From assembly GCA_016789405.1 (NCBI GenBank), contig JAEUPQ010000034.1, forward strand, positions 1 to 64,000: a DNA stretch of 64,000 nt, in the 5' to 3' direction. The DNA comes from Lysobacteraceae bacterium. Its GTDB lineage: Bacteria; Pseudomonadota; Gammaproteobacteria; Xanthomonadales; Xanthomonadaceae. Below, piece after piece: positions 33,702-42,048 of the stretch. A program made the translations under genes and the position numbers. Under the pieces are notes generated by a model. It saw only the letters and a program-made list of their open reading frames with translations. It was not told the DNA's origin and made no database searches. The stretch's first letter is position 1. Every line of letters begins with the position of its first letter.

Positions 33702-34919
33702 TCACGTCGCGGGCGCGGCGACGATCCGGTTCGGGCCGACGCGCTTGGCGTCGTACATCGCGTGGTCGGCGCGCGCGAGCAGCGCGTCGAAGTCGTCGCC
33801 CGAACCGCAGGCGATGCCGATGCTCAGGCAGACGGACACTTCCAGGCCGTCCAGCGGCACGGTGGTCTGCAGCGCGAGCGTGCGGATCTTTTCCGCGACG
33901 GCATGCGCGGCCTCCGGCGTTGCATTCGGCAACAGCACGGCGAACTCGTCGCCGCCGAGGCGTCCGCAGATGTCCGAACGGCGCAGCGCGGCGCGCATCA
34001 GGTCCGCCACGTGCGCCAGCATCGCGTCGCCGACCGAGTGGCCGTGGCCGTCGTTGATGTCCTTGAAGTGGTCCAGGTCGATGAGCAGGATCGCGACGCG
34101 GCTGTTCTCGCGCGTGGCCAGCTGCATCAGCGCACGCGCGGCGGAGGTGAAGGCACGACGATTGTTCAAGCCGGTCAGCACATCGGTTTCGGCGTGCCAT
34201 TGCGCGATGCGGTTGGCTTCGCGCAGGCGATGGGTCTGGCGGACGCTTTCGTCCATCCGGGCGCCATAGGCGAACACGCTGCGCGAGGTGCTGATCGCGA
34301 ACAGCGCGCCGGCCAGTGCCGCCCACTGCGCAACGCTGTCGCCGGAGGACAGCAGCAACAATTCGATCGGCAGCAGCAGCAGGCCGATCACCAGCAGCGT
34401 GTAGCGCGGAAACAGGCCGTAGGCGACCAGCGAGGCGCCGGCGAGGCCGATGAGGAAGGAAAAGGTCACCAGCATCTGAAGCAGCGGCGCGCCCAGCACG
34501 AGCAGCGGCGCGCCGAGTCCCCACATGAGCGACGACACGAGAACCGTGAGCGCATAACGCCTGAACCACGTCGCCATCGCGCCTGCATCCGCGCGCCGGC
34601 GACGATAGACGAGGACCAGCGACAGCCGCAGCAGCATGGCCATCGCGAAGATCGCCAGCCACGACAGCAGCAGGCCATGCGCCGCACTTCCCCAGACCGC
34701 GCAAACCCAGAGCACGCCGGCAATCAGCGAGCCAGCGAAGCTGTGGCTGGCTTCGCGGTGCAGGACCCGGATCTTGTCGATCCCCACTTCGCGCTCGATG
34801 TCGAGCTGGGACGGCGGCGGCCCGTGTTCCGTTCCCCTGCCGGCAGGCGCGCCCGGCGCAGCCACGGGCGAGGCGTGCGTTTCCATCGGAGGCAGCTCGT
34901 TGGCGAGCGGGGACGACAT
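33702..34919 (-). CDS. diguanylate cyclase (GGDEF) with N-terminal multi-TM sensor domain
   Basis: RLGGDEF active site with RxxD I-site context upstream. About 200 aa of hydrophobic helices N-terminal. Start chosen at MSSPLANELPPMETH. Confidence 0.8.
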   Translation of the reverse strand: MSSPLANELPPMETHASPVAAPGAPAGRGTEHGPPPSQLDIEREVGIDKIRVLHREASHSFAGSLIAGVLWVCAVWGSAAHGLLLSWLAIFAMAMLLRLSLVLVYRRRRADAGAMATWFRRYALTVLVSSLMWGLGAPLLVLGAPLLQMLVTFSFLIGLAGASLVAYGLFPRYTLLVIGLLLLPIELLLLSSGDSVAQWAALAGALFAISTSRSVFAYGARMDESVRQTHRLREANRIAQWHAETDVLTGLNNRRAFTSAARALMQLATRENSRVAILLIDLDHFKDINDGHGHSVGDAMLAHVADLMRAALRRSDICGRLGGDEFAVLLPNATPEAAHAVAEKIRTLALQTTVPLDGLEVSVCLSIGIACGSGDDFDALLARADHAMYDAKRVGPNRIVAAPAT

Positions 34920-35104
34920 GTTCGGGGATGGGGTGGACCGTGAAGGGCCTTCTCCATCAAGCAAGAAGCAGGCCATCGCGACCGCAAGCACATGATTCCG
35001 ACATCGGATCAATCACTTGCATACGACAGGCATGCGCGAAAACCGTGGTATTCGCAGCCCCTGGCGACCGAATGCGACGCGAACGTCGCGCCCGTGACCC
35101 GCCC

Positions 35105-36496
35105 TCAGATCGCGCGGGAAAAACGGGGCCGCTCGGCCGGCTTCTGCAGATAGTGGTCGAAGCACATGGCGACATTGCGCAGCAGCAGGCGACCGCGCGC
35201 GGAGACCTCGATGCGATCCCTGTCGATCCGGACCAGGCCGTCGGCCGCCAGCGGCGCCAGCTGCGTCAGCGCATCGGCGAAATAGGTGCGGAAATCGATG
35301 CCGTAGCGTCGCTGCAGCGCCGACACGGGGATGTCGCCCTGGCACATCAGGTGCTGGATGAGGTCCGCCCGCAGCTGGTCGTCGTCGCTCAGGAACATGC
35401 CGCGGAAGACCGGCAGCCGGCCTTCGTCCAGCGCCGCCTGCCAGGCAGGAAGATCACGCGGGTTCTGGCTGAAACTGGTGCCGATGTGGCTGATCGCGCT
35501 CACGCCGAGGCCGACGAGGTCGCTGTCGGCATGGGTGGTGTAACCCATGAAGTTGCGATGCAGGCCGCCGCGCGCCTGTGCCTGCGCGAGTTCGTCGTCG
35601 GGCAAGGCGAAATGGTCCATCCCGATGTAGTCGTATCCCGCGGCCGTGAGGGTTTCGATCGCCAGTTGCAGCAGGGCGAGCTTGGTCTCGGCGTCGGGCA
35701 ACAGGCTCGCATCGAGCTGGCGCTGCGCCTTGAACATGTCCGGCAAGTGCGCGTAGCTGTACACCGCGAGCCGGTCGGGACGCATCGCGATGACCGTCTC
35801 GAGCGTACGCCGGAAGCCTTCGACGGTCTGGTTCGGCAGGCCGTAGATCAGGTCGATGTTGACCGAGCGGAAGCCGTGCTCGCGGCATGCGTCGACGACC
35901 GCGCGCGTCTGTTCCACGCCCTGGATGCGGTTCACCGCTTCCTGCACCGCGGGATCGAAATCCTGCACGCCCAGGCTGGCCCGGTTGAAGCCGGCCTGCG
36001 CCAGTTCGCCGATGTCGCGCGGCAGCACCGTACGCGGATCCAGTTCGATGGAGATGTCGCGGTCGCTCGCGTCGCTGAAACGGAAATACCGTCGCATCAC
36101 GTCGACGGTGCAGCGCAACTGCGTCGCGCTGAGGAAGTTCGGCGTGCCGCCGCCGAAATGCAGCTGGATGACCTCCCGATCCCGATCGAACAGCGGCGCG
36201 ATCATCGCGATCTCGCGGCACAGATGGGTCAGGTAGTCGTCGCCGCGGCTGTGGTCCCGGGTGATGACTCGGTTGCAGCCACAGTAGAAACACGGACTGA
36301 GGCAGAACGGCACGTGCACGTACAGCGACAGCCGGCGCGGGATCGGGTCGCCGTTGCTGTCCTGGATGGCACGTCGCAATTCGGCTTCGCCGAAGTCGGC
36401 GCCGAACTGCGGCGCCGTCGGATACGACGTGTAGCGCGGGCCGGGCCGGTCGTAGCGGCGCAGCAGATCGGGATCGAAGGTCAGTCGCGGCATCAT
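35105..36496 (-). CDS. hemN: oxygen-independent coproporphyrinogen III oxidase HemN (radical SAM)
   Basis: 463 aa from MMPRLTFDPDLLRRYDRPGPRYTSYPTAPQF. CLSPCFYCGC is the CxxxCxxC radical-SAM cluster. Matches E. coli HemN along its length. The track's 81-codon N-terminal extension is rejected. Confidence 0.85.
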   Translation of the reverse strand: MMPRLTFDPDLLRRYDRPGPRYTSYPTAPQFGADFGEAELRRAIQDSNGDPIPRRLSLYVHVPFCLSPCFYCGCNRVITRDHSRGDDYLTHLCREIAMIAPLFDRDREVIQLHFGGGTPNFLSATQLRCTVDVMRRYFRFSDASDRDISIELDPRTVLPRDIGELAQAGFNRASLGVQDFDPAVQEAVNRIQGVEQTRAVVDACREHGFRSVNIDLIYGLPNQTVEGFRRTLETVIAMRPDRLAVYSYAHLPDMFKAQRQLDASLLPDAETKLALLQLAIETLTAAGYDYIGMDHFALPDDELAQAQARGGLHRNFMGYTTHADSDLVGLGVSAISHIGTSFSQNPRDLPAWQAALDEGRLPVFRGMFLSDDDQLRADLIQHLMCQGDIPVSALQRRYGIDFRTYFADALTQLAPLAADGLVRIDRDRIEVSARGRLLLRNVAMCFDHYLQKPAERPRFSRAI

Positions 36497-36540
36497 GGCC
36501 GCAAGGTACGCACCGGGCGCAGGCCCGGCTTTGACCCAGA

Positions 36541-37410
36541 TCAACCTGCGGCCGATCCCGCCACGGCGAACTCGCGGGGCAGCACGCTGGACGGCACGTC
36601 CAGTTCGACCGACAGCGCCAGGTGGTCCGACCAGGCGGCCGGAACGGCACGCATGCCGGCGCAGCTCAGGCCATCGGACAGCAGCACGTGGTCGATCGCG
36701 CGCTGCGGTCGCCAGCTGGGGAACGTATGCACGGCACACGCGGGCGGCTGCAGCCGCGTGCGCTGGAACAGCAGCGACATCTCGGGCTGGTCCACGGTGC
36801 AGTTGAAATCGCCCATCAGCACGCTGTGCGGATGGTCCTGGAGCAGTTCGCCGATGAAGGCCAGCTGCGAACGCCGGGAGCCGGCGCCCAGCGACAGGTG
36901 CGCGACCGCGATGGTCAGGCTGTCGCGGTCGCGTCCGAAGCGCGCGACCAGGACGCCACGTCCGGCGATCCGCCCGGGCAAAGGATGGTCGCTGACTTCG
37001 ACGGGTTCGATGCGCGACAGCAGCGCGTTCGCGCTGGAGGCGACCACGCCCATCCGTCGACCGTGCGCGGCGGTGCCGTTGCCGATGACGCCCACGCTGC
37101 GGTTGGGCTGGTGGGTCCAGAAGTCGAACCCCGCGCGCTCGGCCAGGTAATGGGTCTGGTTGGTGAAGCCCGAACGCCAGCTGCCCGGATCGCTTTCCTG
37201 CAGGCCGACGATGTCGTGGCCTGCAGCGAGCGCGGCGATGGCGTCGAGCGATGCACGCTTGTTGCCGGCCGGCAGCACGTGCGACCAGCTGCGGGTGGCG
37301 TAATCGGTGTAGCGCCGGGTGCTGGCCCCGGCCTGGATGTTGGCGCTGAGCAGCCTGAGCCGCCGCAATGCGCTCGCGGCGGCGTGGGCCGCGGCCGGTG
37401 TCGATGTCAT
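36541..37410 (-). CDS. endonuclease/exonuclease/phosphatase (EEP) family protein
   Basis: 289 aa from MTSTPAAAHAAASALRRLRLLSANIQAG. EEP motifs LLSANIQ, GLQE, GDFN and SDH. Confidence 0.7.
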   Translation of the reverse strand: MTSTPAAAHAAASALRRLRLLSANIQAGASTRRYTDYATRSWSHVLPAGNKRASLDAIAALAAGHDIVGLQESDPGSWRSGFTNQTHYLAERAGFDFWTHQPNRSVGVIGNGTAAHGRRMGVVASSANALLSRIEPVEVSDHPLPGRIAGRGVLVARFGRDRDSLTIAVAHLSLGAGSRRSQLAFIGELLQDHPHSVLMGDFNCTVDQPEMSLLFQRTRLQPPACAVHTFPSWRPQRAIDHVLLSDGLSCAGMRAVPAAWSDHLALSVELDVPSSVLPREFAVAGSAAG

Positions 37411-37450
37411 GCCCGGCCGCTCCGGTTGGGGATCACGCCTGCGACGCGGA

Positions 37451-38311
37451 TCAGGGCGTGGCCGGCGTGGCAGCGCCTGCGGCCTGTGCGCGTTCGTACG
37501 CGATGAGCGCATCGGTCACGCGCAGGCGGTCTTCGGCGCTGCGACCGAGCACGCGGTACTTGCCGTTGACGAAGATCGTCGGGGTGCTCGGCGTCGCACC
37601 GATCGACTGCGAGGCGAAGTACTGCTTGGCCTTGTTGAACTTGCCAGTGACGGCGAAGCTCTTCATGTTGCCGGCGAACGCCTTCGCGTCCACGCCGAAC
37701 TGGGCGTAGAAGGCCGAGATGTCGGCATCGCTGTCTTCGCCGCGCTCACCCTTGAGCTTGCCTTCCAGGTGGATCGCGTCGTAGACCTTCTCGTGCGCCT
37801 TTTCGGCGATGCCCATCGTCTGCGCGGCATAGAACGCCCGCACGTACTGGTCCCAGTTGCCACCGAACGCGGCCGGCACGTAGGTGAAGCGCACGTCGGC
37901 CGGAAGGGTCTTCTTCCAGTTGCCGATCAGCGGCTGGAACGAGGCGCAGGCCGGGCAGACGAAGTTGAACATCTCGACGACTTCGATCTTGCCGTTCAGG
38001 GGCTCGAACGGCTGGCCGTTCTGGACGAGTTCGTAGTCGGTGCCCAGCTTGAGGCCCGGGACCGGACCGTCGGCGGATGCCGGCGCGGCGGACGGCGTCG
38101 CGCTGGCGTCGTTGCCGGCCGCCGGATCGGCGACCACGGCGTTCGGGTCGTTGCCCGCGGCGGCGGCGATCTCCGCATCCTTCATGGTCTGCGCGTCAGT
38201 GGCGGCCGTGTCGGTCGCGGCAGGCGCGTCGGTGGTGGCAGCGTCGTCCTTGCCCGTGCACGCGGTCAGCGCGAGTGCGGCAAGCAGGGCGAAGGGCAGG
38301 TATCGCTTCAT
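37451..38311 (-). CDS. dsbA: DsbA-family thiol:disulfide oxidoreductase, lipoprotein form with a long Ala/Thr/Asp-rich linker (CPAC active site)
   Basis: Lipobox LALTAC. Active site FNFVCPACASF. DsbA-type C-terminal region with cis-Pro context (ATPSTPTIFVNGKY). Confidence 0.8.
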   Translation of the reverse strand: MKRYLPFALLAALALTACTGKDDAATTDAPAATDTAATDAQTMKDAEIAAAAGNDPNAVVADPAAGNDASATPSAAPASADGPVPGLKLGTDYELVQNGQPFEPLNGKIEVVEMFNFVCPACASFQPLIGNWKKTLPADVRFTYVPAAFGGNWDQYVRAFYAAQTMGIAEKAHEKVYDAIHLEGKLKGERGEDSDADISAFYAQFGVDAKAFAGNMKSFAVTGKFNKAKQYFASQSIGATPSTPTIFVNGKYRVLGRSAEDRLRVTDALIAYERAQAAGAATPATP

Positions 38312-38421
38312 CGGTGTGTCTCCTGTCGGAATGCGGTCGGTCTGTCGAACGATCTGTCGAAACTGCAGGCGACGCCGCGCATCGACGCGGCGTCGCGGAA
38401 ATCCGCCGGTGGCGACCCGGC

Positions 38422-39063
38422 TCAGCGCTTGGCTTTCGCCCGCTCCATCGCGACCAGGGCGTCGGCCACGCGCAGGCGGTCGGCCAGCGAAGCGCCTCGC
38501 ACCACGTACTTGCCGTTCACCACGAGGGTGGGCGTGCCCTGGATGCCATTGGCCTTCATGAAGGTCCGCACGCGCTGCATCTTCGCGGCGGTGTCCTTCG
38601 ACTCCATCAAGGCCACCATGCGGGCCTGGTTCAGACCCTTCTGCGCGAACCAGGTTCCCACCTCACCGACGGTCGGGTTGTTGCGCGGCAGGCTGCCGTC
38701 CTTGTGGATCGCATCGAACAGCGCGTTGTGCACCTTCGGCAGCGCCTTGGCCGATTCCGCCGCGAAATAGGCCAGGGCATAGGTGTCGTCCAGGTCGAAG
38801 GCTACCGGGACGTAGGTGAAGCTGACATCGGCGGCCTGCTTGGTCTTCCAGGCATCGACCATCGGCTGGAAATCGGCGCAGTGGTGGCACCAGTAGGCGA
38901 AGACTTCGGCCACTTCGATCTTGCCGTTGGCCGGCTGCCAGCGCTGTCCCTGCGGCAGCACTTCGTAGTCGCGACCGGCCTGGACCGGGCCCGAGGGCGC
39001 CTGCGCGCAAGCGGTCAGCGGAAGGACGAGCGAGAGCAACAACCAGGCAAGCAGACGCGGCAT
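38422..39063 (-). CDS. dsbA: DsbA-family thiol:disulfide oxidoreductase, second tandem paralog (CHHC active site)
   Basis: 213 aa. Signal/lipobox PLTAC. Active site FAYWCHHCADF. GTPTLVVNGKY. Confidence 0.8.
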   Translation of the reverse strand: MPRLLAWLLLSLVLPLTACAQAPSGPVQAGRDYEVLPQGQRWQPANGKIEVAEVFAYWCHHCADFQPMVDAWKTKQAADVSFTYVPVAFDLDDTYALAYFAAESAKALPKVHNALFDAIHKDGSLPRNNPTVGEVGTWFAQKGLNQARMVALMESKDTAAKMQRVRTFMKANGIQGTPTLVVNGKYVVRGASLADRLRVADALVAMERAKAKR

Positions 39064-39195
39064 GAGGGGGAACCTGTGTCGGGGGAATGAAAAACGCCGG
39101 CACAGAGGATGTCCGTGCCGGCGTCGGGATTCAAGCTGGGTTGCGCAGGTGGATCACGCGCTGTCGCGACGCCGGGCAGGCTGCCCGGCCGGCCA

Positions 39196-39987
39196 TCAGC
39201 CGCCCTTCGCCTGCGGCGCGCGGGCGTGCAGGCCCTGCATGTAGCTGGCCAGGGACTGTATTTCCTCGTCGGTCAGCGGCTTGGCCACGGCGGCCATCAC
39301 GTCGAAGTGCGCCTTCTCGGCTTCGGTCAGCGTGGTGGTGCCGGCACGGTATTCCTCGAGGCGGCGCTTGGTGTACCACGCCTGCTGGCCACCAACGTGC
39401 GGATAGGCCGGACCCGGATTGCCGGCGCCGGTGGGGCCGTGGCAGGCCATGCAGGCCGGCAGGCCGCGCTGCGGGTCGCCGCTGCGGTACAGCTTCTGGC
39501 CCACTTCGTAGAACTTCATGCCCTGGTTCGGGCCCTGCGCGATGACCGTGTCGTCGGCGATGCCTGCGCCCGACTTCTGGGTGGCGTAGTAGGCGCCGAT
39601 GTCGCGCATGTCCTGCGCGCTGAGCGCAGCGGCGAACGGCTGCATGATGGCGTTGGCGCGCTGGCCGCCCTTGAACAGCGCCAGCTGGGTGGCGACGTAG
39701 CGCTCGCTCTGGCCGGCGATGCGCGGGTAGAGGGTCGGATCCGCCGTCGAATTGCCGTCGAGGCCGTGGCAGGCGGCGCAGGCGCCAGCCTTGGCGGCGC
39801 CGGCCTTGGCGTCGCCGCCCTTGGCCTTGGCCAGTTCGGTCAGCACGGATGCGTCCAGGGGCGCGGTCTGGACCGGCGCGGCTTCGGGCACGGGAGTGAC
39901 CGTGGTCTGGGCGATGGCGGCGGCCGCCGCGACCGCGAGGACCGCAAGACCGGCAAAACCGAAGGCACGTGCGTGACGCATGCTCAA
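39196..39987 (-). CDS. dihaem cytochrome c4
   Basis: Signal peptide. Two haem-binding motifs CAACH and CMACH with downstream Met ligands. About 260 aa, typical for cytochrome c4. Divergent from engB. Confidence 0.85.
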   Translation of the reverse strand: MSMRHARAFGFAGLAVLAVAAAAAIAQTTVTPVPEAAPVQTAPLDASVLTELAKAKGGDAKAGAAKAGACAACHGLDGNSTADPTLYPRIAGQSERYVATQLALFKGGQRANAIMQPFAAALSAQDMRDIGAYYATQKSGAGIADDTVIAQGPNQGMKFYEVGQKLYRSGDPQRGLPACMACHGPTGAGNPGPAYPHVGGQQAWYTKRRLEEYRAGTTTLTEAEKAHFDVMAAVAKPLTDEEIQSLASYMQGLHARAPQAKGG

Positions 39988-40110
39988 GACTCCAAAAGGA
40001 CGGGACGCGGGGTCGGCTGGCGCCGACCGCAGGCCGAAACCGTGGAATTATCGTCGGCGTGCCGGAGCCGGTCAAACCGGGACGGGCGACCCCGCCGGTC
40101 GTGCGATGCT

Positions 40111-40746
40111 ATGCCGATGGCTACCCCACCCAACCCCTTCGTCCGCGCCAGCTACCTGCTGGCCGCCCATACCCCGCGCCAGCTGCCGCTCGATGGCGGC
40201 GCCGAGGTCGCTTTCGCCGGTCGTTCGAACGCCGGCAAGTCCAGCGCGCTCAACGCGCTCTGCCAGCAGAACGCGCTGGCCAGGGTGTCCAAGACGCCCG
40301 GCCGCACGCAGCAGCTGGTGTTCTTCGAACTGCCGCCGCACGAAGCGAAGTTCCTGGTCGACCTGCCCGGCTACGGCTACGCCAAGGTGCCGCAGGACCT
40401 GCAGGCGCACTGGCAGGCCTTCATCGACCAGTACTTCCGTACGCGCCAGGCGCTGAAGGGACTGGTCGTCGTGATGGACATCCGCCATCCGCTGAAGGAC
40501 TACGACCGGCAGATGATCGCCTATGCCGCCGAACGCGGCCTGCCTGCGCACGCCATCCTGACCAAGGCCGACAAGCTCGGCCGTGGTGCAGCCGGCAACG
40601 TGCTGCTCGCCGTGCGCAAGGATCTGCAGGCCCAGTACGGCGATACCGTGAGCGTGCAGACCTTCTCCGCCGAATCCAAGGCCGGCGTCGACGAATTGCG
40701 CAGCGTGGTCGCGGGCTGGCTCGAGATCGGCCGCCCGGCCGCTTGA
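40111..40746 (+). CDS. engB: ribosome-biogenesis GTPase EngB (YihA/YsxC)
   Basis: 211 aa from MPMATPPNPF. G1 GRSNAGKSS. G3 DLPGYG. G4 TKADK. Matches E. coli YihA. The track's longer ORF is rejected. Confidence 0.9.
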   Translation: MPMATPPNPFVRASYLLAAHTPRQLPLDGGAEVAFAGRSNAGKSSALNALCQQNALARVSKTPGRTQQLVFFELPPHEAKFLVDLPGYGYAKVPQDLQAHWQAFIDQYFRTRQALKGLVVVMDIRHPLKDYDRQMIAYAAERGLPAHAILTKADKLGRGAAGNVLLAVRKDLQAQYGDTVSVQTFSAESKAGVDELRSVVAGWLEIGRPAA

Positions 40747-40805
40747 CGCCTGTCACGACACGGCGTTAAGAAGACGAAGCCTTTTCCCCCGAAGGATCCT
40801 CAAGG

Positions 40806-41735
40806 ATGTCCCCATCCCAGCGCACCGGCAGGCGCCGTCTCGCGACGGCCGCCATGACCGCCCTGCTGTCGTTTTCGCTGACCGCCTGCGGCGGCAGCAG
40901 CGACCCGGCCGCCACGGCCACCCAGAAACAAGACAAGACCGCCCCCCGACAGGACGTTCCGCCCGTGACCACCCCAGCCCCGCCGAAGATGGCCGCGCAG
41001 CCGCCATCGCCCAGCAGCATCCTGTACCTGATCTACCAGAAGGACGGCGACGGCGCGTTGTCGTACGAAGTCGACGACGGCGCGATCGCCACCTGGTGGT
41101 TCGGCCATTCGTTCGACCTCGGCGGCAAGCACTGGTACACGGGCTTCGCCTACAACACGCCTGAAATCTACGGCCCGAAGGACGAAAGCGCCGTGCCCGC
41201 GCCCGGCGACAAGGTCAACATCACCGCCGCGACGCTGTTCAAGGACGGCGCCGGATCCGAGAAGGAATGGACCATCGACGGTGCGTTCCCGACCATCGGC
41301 GAATTCGGCGCTTACCAGCGCGCCGGCGAGATCGACAAGACGCGCAGGATCGAGAGCAAGGACACCGGTGACGGCCGCATGGTGCTGGCGGTCCCGGTCA
41401 CGTTCTTCGAGAACGGCCTGGTGACGTCATCGTACGAAGTCTTCGTGTTCGACTCGGCCAACATGGACCTCGATGTGAACTACGGACGCAAACGCTGGGC
41501 CTATGCCGGCAACGTCGTGACCGGCGAGGACAACGATGCGGATTGCGGCCAGGAAGCCGGCGATCGCGCGTGCTATGCGACCAAGGGCACGCTCAGCTTC
41601 GGCGAAGCCGGCAGCGGCGGCCTGCCCGCCATCCGCATCGCGATGAGCGGCACCGGGGCCAATGCCGAAGCGGCGAACGGGGTCACCGAGTACCGCTACG
41701 ACACCGACAAGAAGCAGTACTTGGCGTCTCCCTGA
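40806..41735 (+). CDS. periplasmic lipoprotein, candidate cognate immunity protein (X-Tfi-like) for the downstream effector
   Basis: Lipobox LSFSLTACGG. Pro/Ala-rich linker, then a globular domain. Placed immediately upstream and co-directional with an XVIPCD-type effector gene, the usual X-Tfi/X-Tfe arrangement. Confidence 0.55.
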   Translation: MSPSQRTGRRRLATAAMTALLSFSLTACGGSSDPAATATQKQDKTAPRQDVPPVTTPAPPKMAAQPPSPSSILYLIYQKDGDGALSYEVDDGAIATWWFGHSFDLGGKHWYTGFAYNTPEIYGPKDESAVPAPGDKVNITAATLFKDGAGSEKEWTIDGAFPTIGEFGAYQRAGEIDKTRRIESKDTGDGRMVLAVPVTFFENGLVTSSYEVFVFDSANMDLDVNYGRKRWAYAGNVVTGEDNDADCGQEAGDRACYATKGTLSFGEAGSGGLPAIRIAMSGTGANAEAANGVTEYRYDTDKKQYLASP

Positions 41736-42048
41736 CATCCGCGCGGCCGAGACCCGGCAGCCGATGACCGGCACAACCGGTCTCGACCGCTGCGACCCAC
41801 TCCCGGTACGATCCCGGGATTGCTAGACTTCATCCCGCGTGTCGGACCTGGTCCGGCACGCAGGCAGTTTTGTTGACTGACCGTAGAGGGCTCATGGATG
41901 AGTCCGGTCGACACCCATGCCGGGCGGCCCTTCGGGGGCGTCCGGGCGCGTTTTCATGGTCGACCACACACAGAGGGTCCACGGACGGATCCGGTTGACG
42001 CGCCGTGGCGGCGATACCGCCACCCTCAACCCTACGGAAAGCACACAC

